Source: a virus
Taxonomy: Duplodnaviria > Caudoviricetes
Length of the DNA: 37,894 nt
IMG/VR virus record: IMGVR_UViG_3300029183_000013
Coordinates: 1-37,894 of that record
Reading direction: 5' to 3' (one strand)
In this document: positions 23,777 through 32,026 of the stretch, in pieces
Position numbering within the stretch: the first letter of the stretch is position 1
Layout: every line of letters begins with the position of its first letter
Position numbers and translations under genes: made by a program
The notes under the pieces: generated by a model
The model's database searches: none
What the model saw: only the letters and a program-made list of their open reading frames with translations
What the model was told of the DNA's origin: nothing

Positions 23777-24507
23777 GGGTTATCCTCCAAATCATTCGGT
23801 AAAATGTATTCAATAATTACACTACAACGAATCTGCCTACCGGCTGTAAGAGTTCCCGCTGGAGCTTTCATCATTAAATGAAGATCCGCACCATCGTTTT
23901 GAACGACGTAATCCCCTAAAGGAATTTCAATAAGCTGCAAGTCATTGGCTTGTTTTGCACCGGCATCAAGGTCGAATGTTCTGATACCATCAATTTCTAC
24001 AGCACCAACCTCACCATTGGAATCAATAGGATCACTTGCGGTAAGGTCAACATCGTGCATTCTGACGTAGGTTTGAATTGAATCAACGTCATCGTTGTTT
24101 GCTCTCAATTTTATGAGCATTCTTTTTAAAATGGTTCCAGCCGAAAAAGGCCAGCCAAGACCATCCCAATCGATAGCAGGTATTCCACCTACTCCGTTGT
24201 CTGCAAGATCCAAGTCCCAATCTTGTAGAGATGGTCCGAAGTTCGGATCTGACCAACAAGCCCAATCCGCATCCGTGTCAATCTCAAATCGACCGGTCAA
24301 CCTATCTTGCGATAGATGAGAATGAGGTAGAACATTTATCGTTACATCGCCGGTCCCTTCGTCCGCTCCGGTTTCAGTAATATCAATAAACGTACCCTCT
24401 AAAGCCTTCGCTATTACAGCTTCACCAACTGTCGTTGTATTCAGGTCGGGGCGGCGTACACCGTCCCCGTCCCGTACCTGTGAAGAAGGGATTCTAGTTT
24501 GGCCCAT
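23773..24507 (-). CDS. putative virion structural protein
   Basis: Acidic, beta-rich; late operon. Confidence 0.65.
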   Translation of the reverse strand: MGQTRIPSSQVRDGDGVRRPDLNTTTVGEAVIAKALEGTFIDITETGADEGTGDVTINVLPHSHLSQDRLTGRFEIDTDADWACWSDPNFGPSLQDWDLDLADNGVGGIPAIDWDGLGWPFSAGTILKRMLIKLRANNDDVDSIQTYVRMHDVDLTASDPIDSNGEVGAVEIDGIRTFDLDAGAKQANDLQLIEIPLGDYVVQNDGADLHLMMKAPAGTLTAGRQIRCSVIIEYILPNDLEDNP

Positions 24508-24510
24508 TAA

Positions 24511-25311
24511 TTACACCCTGTGGTAGTCAACAACGACTACATCGCCAGTTTGAAGGTTGTTGGCAAAAGTAATGGTTGTACCTGCGATGGTATAATCGTT
24601 ACCCGCACCTTTACACTGACGTAAACCATTTAGGTAAACTAAGTCAGTACCCGCAACAGGAGTGTTCGCCAAAGTAACTGTCGCTATACCAGCGGTCACT
24701 GTAGGCTGTTCGTTGTAAACTGGGATTCCGTAACCCTCGATGATCGCCAAGCGGTCATTTAAAATTCGACCTTGGTTGGCAGATAGAGGATCAACAATTG
24801 AAGTTGAAGTTAAAGAATCGACAACATCGGCTTCACGGAGAATGTCCGGGCTTTCCGTGTTATCAACCTTGAACACATCGGCCAATACAATTGCACCGTT
24901 GGTGGCAACATCATTTTTAATGATGATCGCGTCACCCGTGTTCACAGCGATTGTTCCATCGGAAACTGTTAAGTTACCATCGGCTGTGATGATAAACTTG
25001 TCACCATTTGAGTAACCGTTACCAGCATCAATGTAGGTGTTTCCTGTGGATGTTCCCGTCATGTCAGCCGGAGCTGCTAAGTCACCTCTGAGAAGTAGAC
25101 CAGACGAGATTGATCCAGCTAATGCGTCTAACTGCTGTTTAGTTACCGCATCCGTTGGGTTCACACCATCGGCTAAACCAGTAAGTGTGGCATTCGCCGC
25201 ACCATTGGTCAAATCGAGGTCTGTACCTTCGAGAAAATCAAGAACCAGCTTACTACGAGTAAACGTCTGATCCTTAATTTGAGTATTCGCTCTTATTTGT
25301 GTAGAAGCCAT
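24511..25311 (-). CDS. putative virion fibre/decoration protein
   Basis: T/G/A-rich; DAVTKQQLD fibre motif; C-terminal VYLNGLRQCKGAGNDYT domain. Confidence 0.7.
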   Translation of the reverse strand: MASTQIRANTQIKDQTFTRSKLVLDFLEGTDLDLTNGAANATLTGLADGVNPTDAVTKQQLDALAGSISSGLLLRGDLAAPADMTGTSTGNTYIDAGNGYSNGDKFIITADGNLTVSDGTIAVNTGDAIIIKNDVATNGAIVLADVFKVDNTESPDILREADVVDSLTSTSIVDPLSANQGRILNDRLAIIEGYGIPVYNEQPTVTAGIATVTLANTPVAGTDLVYLNGLRQCKGAGNDYTIAGTTITFANNLQTGDVVVVDYHRV

Positions 25312-25325
25312 TTCTTACCCTCCTT

Positions 25326-26546
25326 CTAGGTTGTGTAGCTTACTTTCAAAAGGTCTCCATTCACTAAGTACGGATTATTAAAGATCACCTCATTTCCAGT
25401 AACGACGTAATCCCTAGTTAAACCTTTCAGAAGCTCTATCCCATTGACGATCACTCGTTCCGTCGCTGGCGGTGCTGACAGGGCAACTTTATTGTTTGTC
25501 ACTATAGTATTATCCACATCGAACATTTCCTCAAGGAAAGGTCCATGCGAATCGACAGATCCCAAGTCATTGCAATTTGTCGCCTTAATGACATCTCCTT
25601 GCATGAGGTATGGATCTGGGAAACTTACAGTTCCACCTTCTCTTGAGTACCCATCGGGCTCGCCTGGATCGATCTTTAATCCGTTGACCAGAACCGTTTC
25701 ACTGACTCTAAAGAAGGAGGAGGCAAACATGATTGTATCCGAGGATTCAATGCCTGCATCCACATCCAAGATGTCAGTTTCACAATTTAGGTCTCCTATC
25801 AAAGTGCAGTAAATGATGAAAAATTTGTCACCTGAAACAACATTTGTAGGATTTAGAATCGTGACAGTTTGACCCGACAACGTGTAATCGTATGAGGCAC
25901 CCTTTGACCATTCTAAACCGTTTAGACAAATTACTTCAGAGTTTGCTATAGGTGCGTACTCTAAATCAAAAGAACTACCCGTAATTTCATCCGCAGGTAT
26001 TTCTTGAGCAATCACTTGAAAAAGTTCTGACCCTGGTCCCGCCGGTCCTTGAGGACCAATTAAACTTTGACCGGGAGTGGGCCAAACTCCACCCGCCTTT
26101 GGACCATAAAAATCATAAGTGTCCGTATCGAGATAATAGTCCCCGTCATTCCCTAAAGAATTATTTGGAGCACCCGATCCATTAAGTATGGTGTTGCCAT
26201 CCGTTCCAGGATCCCCCTTAAGGTTCACCGGAGCCCCCCAGACTCCACCTGTTTTCGGCCCGTAGAAGTCTAAGGTCGAAGTATCCAGGTAGAAGTCTCC
26301 GTCCACTCCCGTGGCGGCTGAGGGGGCTCCTATTCCATTTAAAATGGTGTTTCCGTCTGCACCCGCAGGGCCTGCTGGTCCCGCGGGTCCGGGAGGTCCG
26401 GGCGAACCGGTTCCTCCACCACCTCCGCCGATACCGCCTTCTTGTACAAGACAATCAATATACCGCTTTATCTTGCGGAAATTCTCCTGCACAAACGGAT
26501 CTTCGATCTCCTTTAAGAGTAAATCTAGGCGGTTTAAGCTACTCAC
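25326..26546 (-). CDS. collagen-like fibre protein with internal repeats
   Basis: GXY runs; two 52-aa repeats; three C-terminal NG..G..(D/G)Y domains. Confidence 0.8.
   Translation of the reverse strand: MSSLNRLDLLLKEIEDPFVQENFRKIKRYIDCLVQEGGIGGGGGGTGSPGPPGPAGPAGPAGADGNTILNGIGAPSAATGVDGDFYLDTSTLDFYGPKTGGVWGAPVNLKGDPGTDGNTILNGSGAPNNSLGNDGDYYLDTDTYDFYGPKAGGVWPTPGQSLIGPQGPAGPGSELFQVIAQEIPADEITGSSFDLEYAPIANSEVICLNGLEWSKGASYDYTLSGQTVTILNPTNVVSGDKFFIIYCTLIGDLNCETDILDVDAGIESSDTIMFASSFFRVSETVLVNGLKIDPGEPDGYSREGGTVSFPDPYLMQGDVIKATNCNDLGSVDSHGPFLEEMFDVDNTIVTNNKVALSAPPATERVIVNGIELLKGLTRDYVVTGNEVIFNNPYLVNGDLLKVSYTT
26031..26408 (-). repeat. collagen triplets and two 52-codon tandem repeats
   Basis: DGNTILNGxGAP...DGDxYLDTxTxDFYGPKxGGVW at residues 64 and 116. 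Confidence 0.85.
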
Positions 26547-28834
26547 GAGGGCTTACCTCCTAAGCTAGCGGCTGAAAATGGAATATGAGATTTTGAAAGC
26601 GGAGAATAATGCAGAACATAGCCATTTAGAACAAGAATCTCTTGTTTAGGGATACCAACCATACAAAATTTGTATGAACCAGCAGGGGGCAATGAACTGT
26701 CATTATCCTCCAGAACGACCGTTGTCGGCGCTCTACTTGTGATTAAAAATTTCTCTGTGTAATTGTCGTGCTCCAACTGGATGAAATAGTTTTCAATATC
26801 CGCTGGAAATTGAGCTGACCCGCTAACTACAGCAGTTTTCAGGACAGGATCAACAGTTACCTCTCCCAAAAGGTCTGAAGTCAGAATTTGAACTTCGGCA
26901 TTAGTGAATTGGACCTGTTTGTACTGGCACCGGAGAGACTTCGCTGGGAATCTTCTCCACTCCTCAATAATACCCTGGAGGTTCCAGATCGCTTCACTGT
27001 CACCCCATAAAGGTAAGCTATCCCCCCAAGTAATGTTCTGCTTGTATCTGATTGGTTTTAGATCCCCAACAATACGGTTGTTATCATTGGATGATTTGAT
27101 CGCTAAAGACAGATTTGTTGTGTTATCAGCAGATACAAGAATACGAGGAACAATCTTTCGGTAAAATTTCTGACCAAAGTCAATAAAGCACGATTTGTAG
27201 TCATAAATGATCGCCTTACTAATCCATGTCGATGGATCATTGTTTGTTAAATCAACCTGTGGATCTGTGAAGATACCATCTTGATGATAGAAAACAAACC
27301 CGCGCGTGTCGGCACGATAAACCCTCAAATCTTGCGACTGAGGATCTTTGTGAAATTTTAAGGCTGTCGGCTTAAAGGAATCTCCGCCAGATATGGTGGT
27401 GAAAGACGATGTAGCTGTGATACCGAACCGGAGATCTAATACATAGCACTGATCGGGTTCGTTAGCCCCATCGTTTCTACAAACAGACCAAATAACTCTC
27501 TCGTTGTTCGGGTCATAAGTGCCATGAATCCTAGAAGCTCTCTCACGGTTTGAAACCAGCTCTTTATACGTCTCATTTATATTGTCCGATATTTTTAATA
27601 CTTTAAATCCATCCGACCAATAAAATCCCACTTCTCCGGCCCAAAAGATACCTTTGTGTGTTTGCACTATGGAATTTTGGCTAACGCACCCTGCACGATC
27701 ATCAATCCTACGAAGATCCAGAGAACCATTCCCAGCACTGTTGATAAAGTTATCAATGCGATAGATATAATTGCGACAGAAGACCATTGGACGATCATAA
27801 ATAGAGCTGACCCCAAAAATCTCTTGCTCCGTTTCCTCAAAGAAGGCCGGGGGTACACTATCTGGATCTCCGGGGATGCTTTGTAGGATCTTGTACTTGT
27901 TGACAGCTCCGCTAGTTTCTTGGATGTGGGCATAGTATCCTGTTCCGTTCACGACGTGAACATACTTGCACCGCGGGGGCGTTCCGTTGCTTATGGCTCC
28001 ATTAGAACCGTACAAAGCCCCTTGGCTGATTAGAGTTGCATCCTCTACCTCATCCGTGTAGGTCGCTGTTCCAAAAGGAACAGTCCCTGATAAAAAGTAA
28101 TCAGAATCCGCATCTTGGGTTCTGTAAATTTCAACTTCAATGTTTGCAAAATCCCAATTTTCTGGAGTTGCAAATGTCGTGGGGAGATTTACCACCGCCC
28201 CATTTCCTGTCGTAATTGTTCCGCCGGTTACAAGAGAGGAAACGAATGTGACAGGACCGCGGTCAAGATAAATCGTATCTCCCACCTGATATTGGTATCG
28301 AAGAACAATGGCGTAAGAATAACTAGCGCCGCTACCTGGAGGGGGAGTAACGGTGACTCCACTAGGTATTTCAGGCAATCCAGCATTTCTGAGTTGTATA
28401 GCATTATTTTCATCTATGTATATTTTCTGTACTGAAGAAAAATCAGTGTTCGAGGCAAAAAGTAAACTTTGGTATTCAGATAGAGTAACCAAAGAGTTGG
28501 CGCCTCCTTGATCGAAAACAGGACCGCCGCCTGGACCGGTAAGCTCTGCATAGGCTCCAGAATTGTCATAATATGCCCGCCTCTCCACAAATCCTAGAAA
28601 GGTATCGGTATCGAGCTTTGTGTCCTTTAAAAACTCCATGATCTGCACTCGGAAAAGACCGAGAGGTATTTGGGAATCGATAAAAAGATCGCTCCCCCAC
28701 CGAGTCTGGATTTTTCTGTGTGTCGTGAAAAAGAAATTATCCATCACTTGAGCCTGTGTCGGCTGACCATCTAAAAAGTAGTCAGTTACGCCACCGGTGA
28801 AGTCTGTAATTTCTAAGGGTTGAGTCTCTATCAC
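26543..28834 (-). CDS. putative tail nozzle / tail tubular protein B (P22 gp10 / T7 gp12-like role)
   Basis: 763 aa, beta-rich; N-terminal DFTGG; AGCVSQNSI...GFYWSDG propeller-like segment. Confidence 0.7.
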   Translation of the reverse strand: MIETQPLEITDFTGGVTDYFLDGQPTQAQVMDNFFFTTHRKIQTRWGSDLFIDSQIPLGLFRVQIMEFLKDTKLDTDTFLGFVERRAYYDNSGAYAELTGPGGGPVFDQGGANSLVTLSEYQSLLFASNTDFSSVQKIYIDENNAIQLRNAGLPEIPSGVTVTPPPGSGASYSYAIVLRYQYQVGDTIYLDRGPVTFVSSLVTGGTITTGNGAVVNLPTTFATPENWDFANIEVEIYRTQDADSDYFLSGTVPFGTATYTDEVEDATLISQGALYGSNGAISNGTPPRCKYVHVVNGTGYYAHIQETSGAVNKYKILQSIPGDPDSVPPAFFEETEQEIFGVSSIYDRPMVFCRNYIYRIDNFINSAGNGSLDLRRIDDRAGCVSQNSIVQTHKGIFWAGEVGFYWSDGFKVLKISDNINETYKELVSNRERASRIHGTYDPNNERVIWSVCRNDGANEPDQCYVLDLRFGITATSSFTTISGGDSFKPTALKFHKDPQSQDLRVYRADTRGFVFYHQDGIFTDPQVDLTNNDPSTWISKAIIYDYKSCFIDFGQKFYRKIVPRILVSADNTTNLSLAIKSSNDNNRIVGDLKPIRYKQNITWGDSLPLWGDSEAIWNLQGIIEEWRRFPAKSLRCQYKQVQFTNAEVQILTSDLLGEVTVDPVLKTAVVSGSAQFPADIENYFIQLEHDNYTEKFLITSRAPTTVVLEDNDSSLPPAGSYKFCMVGIPKQEILVLNGYVLHYSPLSKSHIPFSAASLGGKPS

Positions 28835-29202
28835 AGGTAAACAACCTCAGCGTTCACGGGTTGATTTGATTTTACCTTAAACTGAGTGATATTAAGTCTT
28901 TCAATTCTCAAGTACATTGTTTCTTTAGTCGTGGGGTCTCTAAAGAAAATCTGAGTTTTGTCCACTTCAAATCCGAGAGGAACCGTTTTTGTCGCCTCCC
29001 AGTCAGTACCGTTCACCGCAAAATCTCCTGTCACCACATTATCTGTGACTACATCGATTGAACTTGATGTCAGCTTCTCAGAATTTGAACCGTCGTGATT
29101 ATGTGAATTTAGACGAGTGATATTGTCTTCAAGAGCTGGAAACCAAACGTCTCCTAAATCGCCCGTCTCTGGCCTTTTATAGCCGTTACTAAGAATTTGC
29201 AT
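28831..29202 (-). CDS. hypothetical virion protein
   Basis: Start at ATG 29202; LSNGYKRPETGD...HNHDG fibre-like motifs. Confidence 0.65.
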   Translation of the reverse strand: MQILSNGYKRPETGDLGDVWFPALEDNITRLNSHNHDGSNSEKLTSSSIDVVTDNVVTGDFAVNGTDWEATKTVPLGFEVDKTQIFFRDPTTKETMYLRIERLNITQFKVKSNQPVNAEVVYL

Positions 29203-29620
29203 TGCGTACCCCCACGAGTTCAAAATGTGGTAAATCATGGAACGTCTGATCGCTAAAATCATTATCCGTGTCCCAGTCACCACCCCACCGAATATTTATT
29301 CCTTTGGAATGAGCGATTCCTTTAACAATTCCTGCAAGAAAGTAAAATCTATCCCAATCATTCCAATCGATAGGATAAGGAACAACATCAACAGCCAAAG
29401 ATGGTGTTTTGTTGTGTTTGGATTTAGGCCATCTAAGTTTTGAGTATCCTTTTTCATAGGCTTTGTTTTGCTCCTCTTTAGGGCGATGGCCCTCAATTAC
29501 TGAGCAATCAATAACCTTGATTACCTCGTTGAAAATTTCTTGCAACAAGGGGTGGGCTTCAGAAAGATTTTTCTTCGAGACTTTTCCGAATTTGTAAACC
29601 TTCTTTTTCTTTCTAGCCAT
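29189..29620 (-). CDS. endolysin, M15 family L-Ala-D-Glu peptidase
   Basis: EGHR..EEQ; SKHNKTPSLAVD (SxH-x6-D); WGGDW; DLPHFEL. Confidence 0.9.
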   Translation of the reverse strand: MARKKKKVYKFGKVSKKNLSEAHPLLQEIFNEVIKVIDCSVIEGHRPKEEQNKAYEKGYSKLRWPKSKHNKTPSLAVDVVPYPIDWNDWDRFYFLAGIVKGIAHSKGINIRWGGDWDTDNDFSDQTFHDLPHFELVGVRNANS

Positions 29621-29901
29621 TATCTCCCCTCAATAAGCTCGTGTCGGAGCCTTTGATATTCTCGCTTATCAATACACATGAATTTCTCCATGTCTTTGTT
29701 AAGCCTTATGGGAATAACCTGTTCTTTATTCCCCTTTATTTCTCGAAATAAGACGCTTTTGTGATGATCGATTTTCCAAACTTCAATCGGACTTATCTTC
29801 TTTTTCCCGCTCGCGCATCCCAACATAGACATACTTAGTGGGATTGCCAGAATCGCCAGAAAGTTCTTCTTCAATTGGTCTTTGAGAGTTTTGTTCATCA
29901 C
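29620..29901 (-). CDS. lipoprotein, putative o-spanin
   Basis: KKNFLAILAIPLSMSMLG-C lipobox; second Cys; overlaps upstream gene in lysis cassette; start may be downstream of 29901. Confidence 0.65.
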   Translation of the reverse strand: MMNKTLKDQLKKNFLAILAIPLSMSMLGCASGKKKISPIEVWKIDHHKSVLFREIKGNKEQVIPIRLNKDMEKFMCIDKREYQRLRHELIEGR

Positions 29902-30016
29902 TTTCCTTTATCGCCTTATCCACTTTCTTTTTGTCCTCCACCTTTCCTAGATGGAGGACAAATTCTTTAGCGAGTACGAGAATGTCACGAATCGCTAGCA
30001 GGGCTTTCAGTATCAT
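29783..30016 (-). CDS. putative i-spanin-like protein
   Basis: Weakly hydrophobic N-terminus plus charged helix; overlaps the lipoprotein gene. Confidence 0.45.
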   Translation of the reverse strand: MILKALLAIRDILVLAKEFVLHLGKVEDKKKVDKAIKESDEQNSQRPIEEELSGDSGNPTKYVYVGMREREKEDKSD

Positions 30017-30266
30017 CGGCTTTTTCCTCAGATTTACCCTTTAACGCTTCAAGAGCATCCATCAACTTCTTTGTGCTTGGGTTTAAACCAAACGTCGGAA
30101 ACCTGTGGAGGAACCACTTAATATATCCTCCAATTTTCCCGACGACTGCATCGTCTTTTTCTGTCTTGGTGAAGCGAACAACAACAGTTGCCACTAGAAC
30201 AAGACCGAGAAAAATGGCAGGGATCATTTTCACCCAAGCGGGTAAGTTTGTTAAAAATTCCTCCAT
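29985..30266 (-). CDS. putative holin
   Basis: AAGGAGG RBS; one TM followed by TKTEKDD and an amphipathic helix; first gene of lysis cassette. Confidence 0.65.
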   Translation of the reverse strand: MEEFLTNLPAWVKMIPAIFLGLVLVATVVVRFTKTEKDDAVVGKIGGYIKWFLHRFPTFGLNPSTKKLMDALEALKGKSEEKADDTESPASDS

Positions 30267-30275
30267 AGAGCCTCC

Positions 30276-30554
30276 TTATCTGTAGTCTTTTCTAGTCAAG
30301 ACTATTTCTAATCCTCTAACTTCTTTAATCAAGAAGTCTGCACCCTTGATGGAAACGCAAGGCTCCTCACCATCTTTACACTCTTGCAAAAGCTCACCGA
30401 GTATTTGCTCGTTGGACTTAGCAACTTCTTTTTTGGCAGCAGGTTTAGGCGCCGTCTTTTCCTCTTTTTCTGCCTTTTCCTTCACTTCGGCTGCCTTTTC
30501 GACAGCTTCAGCTTTTACTTCTTCTGCTTTCTTTTCTTCTTTTTTTGCCATCAT
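30276..30554 (-). CDS. hypothetical K/E/A-rich protein
   Basis: AGGAGG RBS; low-complexity N-terminus. Confidence 0.75.
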   Translation of the reverse strand: MMAKKEEKKAEEVKAEAVEKAAEVKEKAEKEEKTAPKPAAKKEVAKSNEQILGELLQECKDGEEPCVSIKGADFLIKEVRGLEIVLTRKDYR

Positions 30555-30570
30555 TGGCCTCCTTTGGTTA

Positions 30571-32016
30571 TTAGATTGTAGCGTGCTGCCTAAAGTTTGC
30601 CGCGGTTACACTTCTGCCCCCATAGACAACCATGTTGCAAGTGGAGTTCACGCTGAAGCTACCCGTAACAGTTAAACTCAGCAGCGGAGAGTTTATTCTA
30701 ACAGTGTTTGGAACAATCATAAGGCGATGGTTGAATTGGTGGTTTCCACCACTGGAGATGGAATATCCGCCTCTATGGAAATGTGAGTCGTCTCCCAATA
30801 CTAAAGCATCAACCCACGAGGAGTTACCACCTACCTGTAAGTTGGCATTTACACCCCTGGCGTCATGAGACGAATAAAAACCGCCGTTTGTGTTCGGCAA
30901 TGTTAAAGTTCCCGAGGCTGTTATCTGCCACTTGACGTTCATATCGTAGGCGCCTCCGGGCTCAATTGGCATATGCGAAGTGGTTGTCGGATTTGCGGTC
31001 CAGCTTGTGTTGTTGTCATTTGAAAGACTGTGAGTCCACTGACCACCGCCGTTTTCTGTCCCAAAAGTTATGGCTGGTCCATCATATTCCGCTAAAGGAG
31101 TTACTTTAACTTCATCGAATATGATATCGCCCGCAACATCGTCTCCGAAATTACTTGCTAAAGCGATGAATAGCTCCGCATCCGACCAATCATTGACATC
31201 CGCTGTTCCATAATAAAGATGTGTTATTGTACAGCTCTGCCTAGTAAATACAGTCAAACCACGAGATGTGTTATCCCCCGGTAAATAATGAGAAGCTGCG
31301 CGGTGAGCACCGTATTGTCTCATCTGACGGGCATTTGTATTGTCTCTGACAGAGGATAAAATTTGGCTAAATGTTACACCTGTCGGGTGCGATACTCGGA
31401 AACTTACAACAACAGGTTGACCAATATACCTTGCAGGTAAAGGATCAAGTGCGATTTTTACTCCACTAAATCCTGTACCAATACTGCCATCCGAAGTTAA
31501 ACGAAAACTTGAGCTACCAGTGATAGGATCGGATGTCTCTTGTGTCAAAACCGCCGAAGAACCTGGAGTATATGCCCCAAGAACTAAAGGGTCTGTTCCG
31601 GGGGATGTGAAAGTAGACCAGCCAGTGAGGCCCGTTTCCGCTCCACTGTTAGGACATAAATTAATGGTGTCGTCAGCTCCTCCGCCACCACCTATCTGAG
31701 TTTCTACACCGCTGGAATCAAGTCCATACCAGTTACCATCTGACTTTGGATAAAGTCGTAAGTTACCAGCCGCAGGATTAGATCCCGGCGTGGCAGATTG
31801 AACAGGGTAATCAGGTGTTAGTAGAATTTTGTTTTGTAAAACCTGAATTGTATCAGCATCCAAACCTTCGGACCAAGTTGTTGCGTTCTTTTGAATTTTA
31901 AAAACACCGAGGTCTGTTCTGAAAATTACTCTACCGACCGTTTGTGCTGTTGGTGTTGGATCTGCGGTCACGTTCTCAAACTGACCAGAGATAAGTTGTC
32001 CGTATAATTGACTCAT
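30571..32016 (-). CDS. putative tail fibre / receptor-binding protein
   Basis: Gly linker then INLCPNSGAETGLTGW...IIFDEVKV, resembling a carbohydrate-binding jelly roll; S/T/G-rich. Confidence 0.65.
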   Translation of the reverse strand: MSQLYGQLISGQFENVTADPTPTAQTVGRVIFRTDLGVFKIQKNATTWSEGLDADTIQVLQNKILLTPDYPVQSATPGSNPAAGNLRLYPKSDGNWYGLDSSGVETQIGGGGGADDTINLCPNSGAETGLTGWSTFTSPGTDPLVLGAYTPGSSAVLTQETSDPITGSSSFRLTSDGSIGTGFSGVKIALDPLPARYIGQPVVVSFRVSHPTGVTFSQILSSVRDNTNARQMRQYGAHRAASHYLPGDNTSRGLTVFTRQSCTITHLYYGTADVNDWSDAELFIALASNFGDDVAGDIIFDEVKVTPLAEYDGPAITFGTENGGGQWTHSLSNDNNTSWTANPTTTSHMPIEPGGAYDMNVKWQITASGTLTLPNTNGGFYSSHDARGVNANLQVGGNSSWVDALVLGDDSHFHRGGYSISSGGNHQFNHRLMIVPNTVRINSPLLSLTVTGSFSVNSTCNMVVYGGRSVTAANFRQHATI

Positions 32017-32026
32017 ATTTCTCCCC

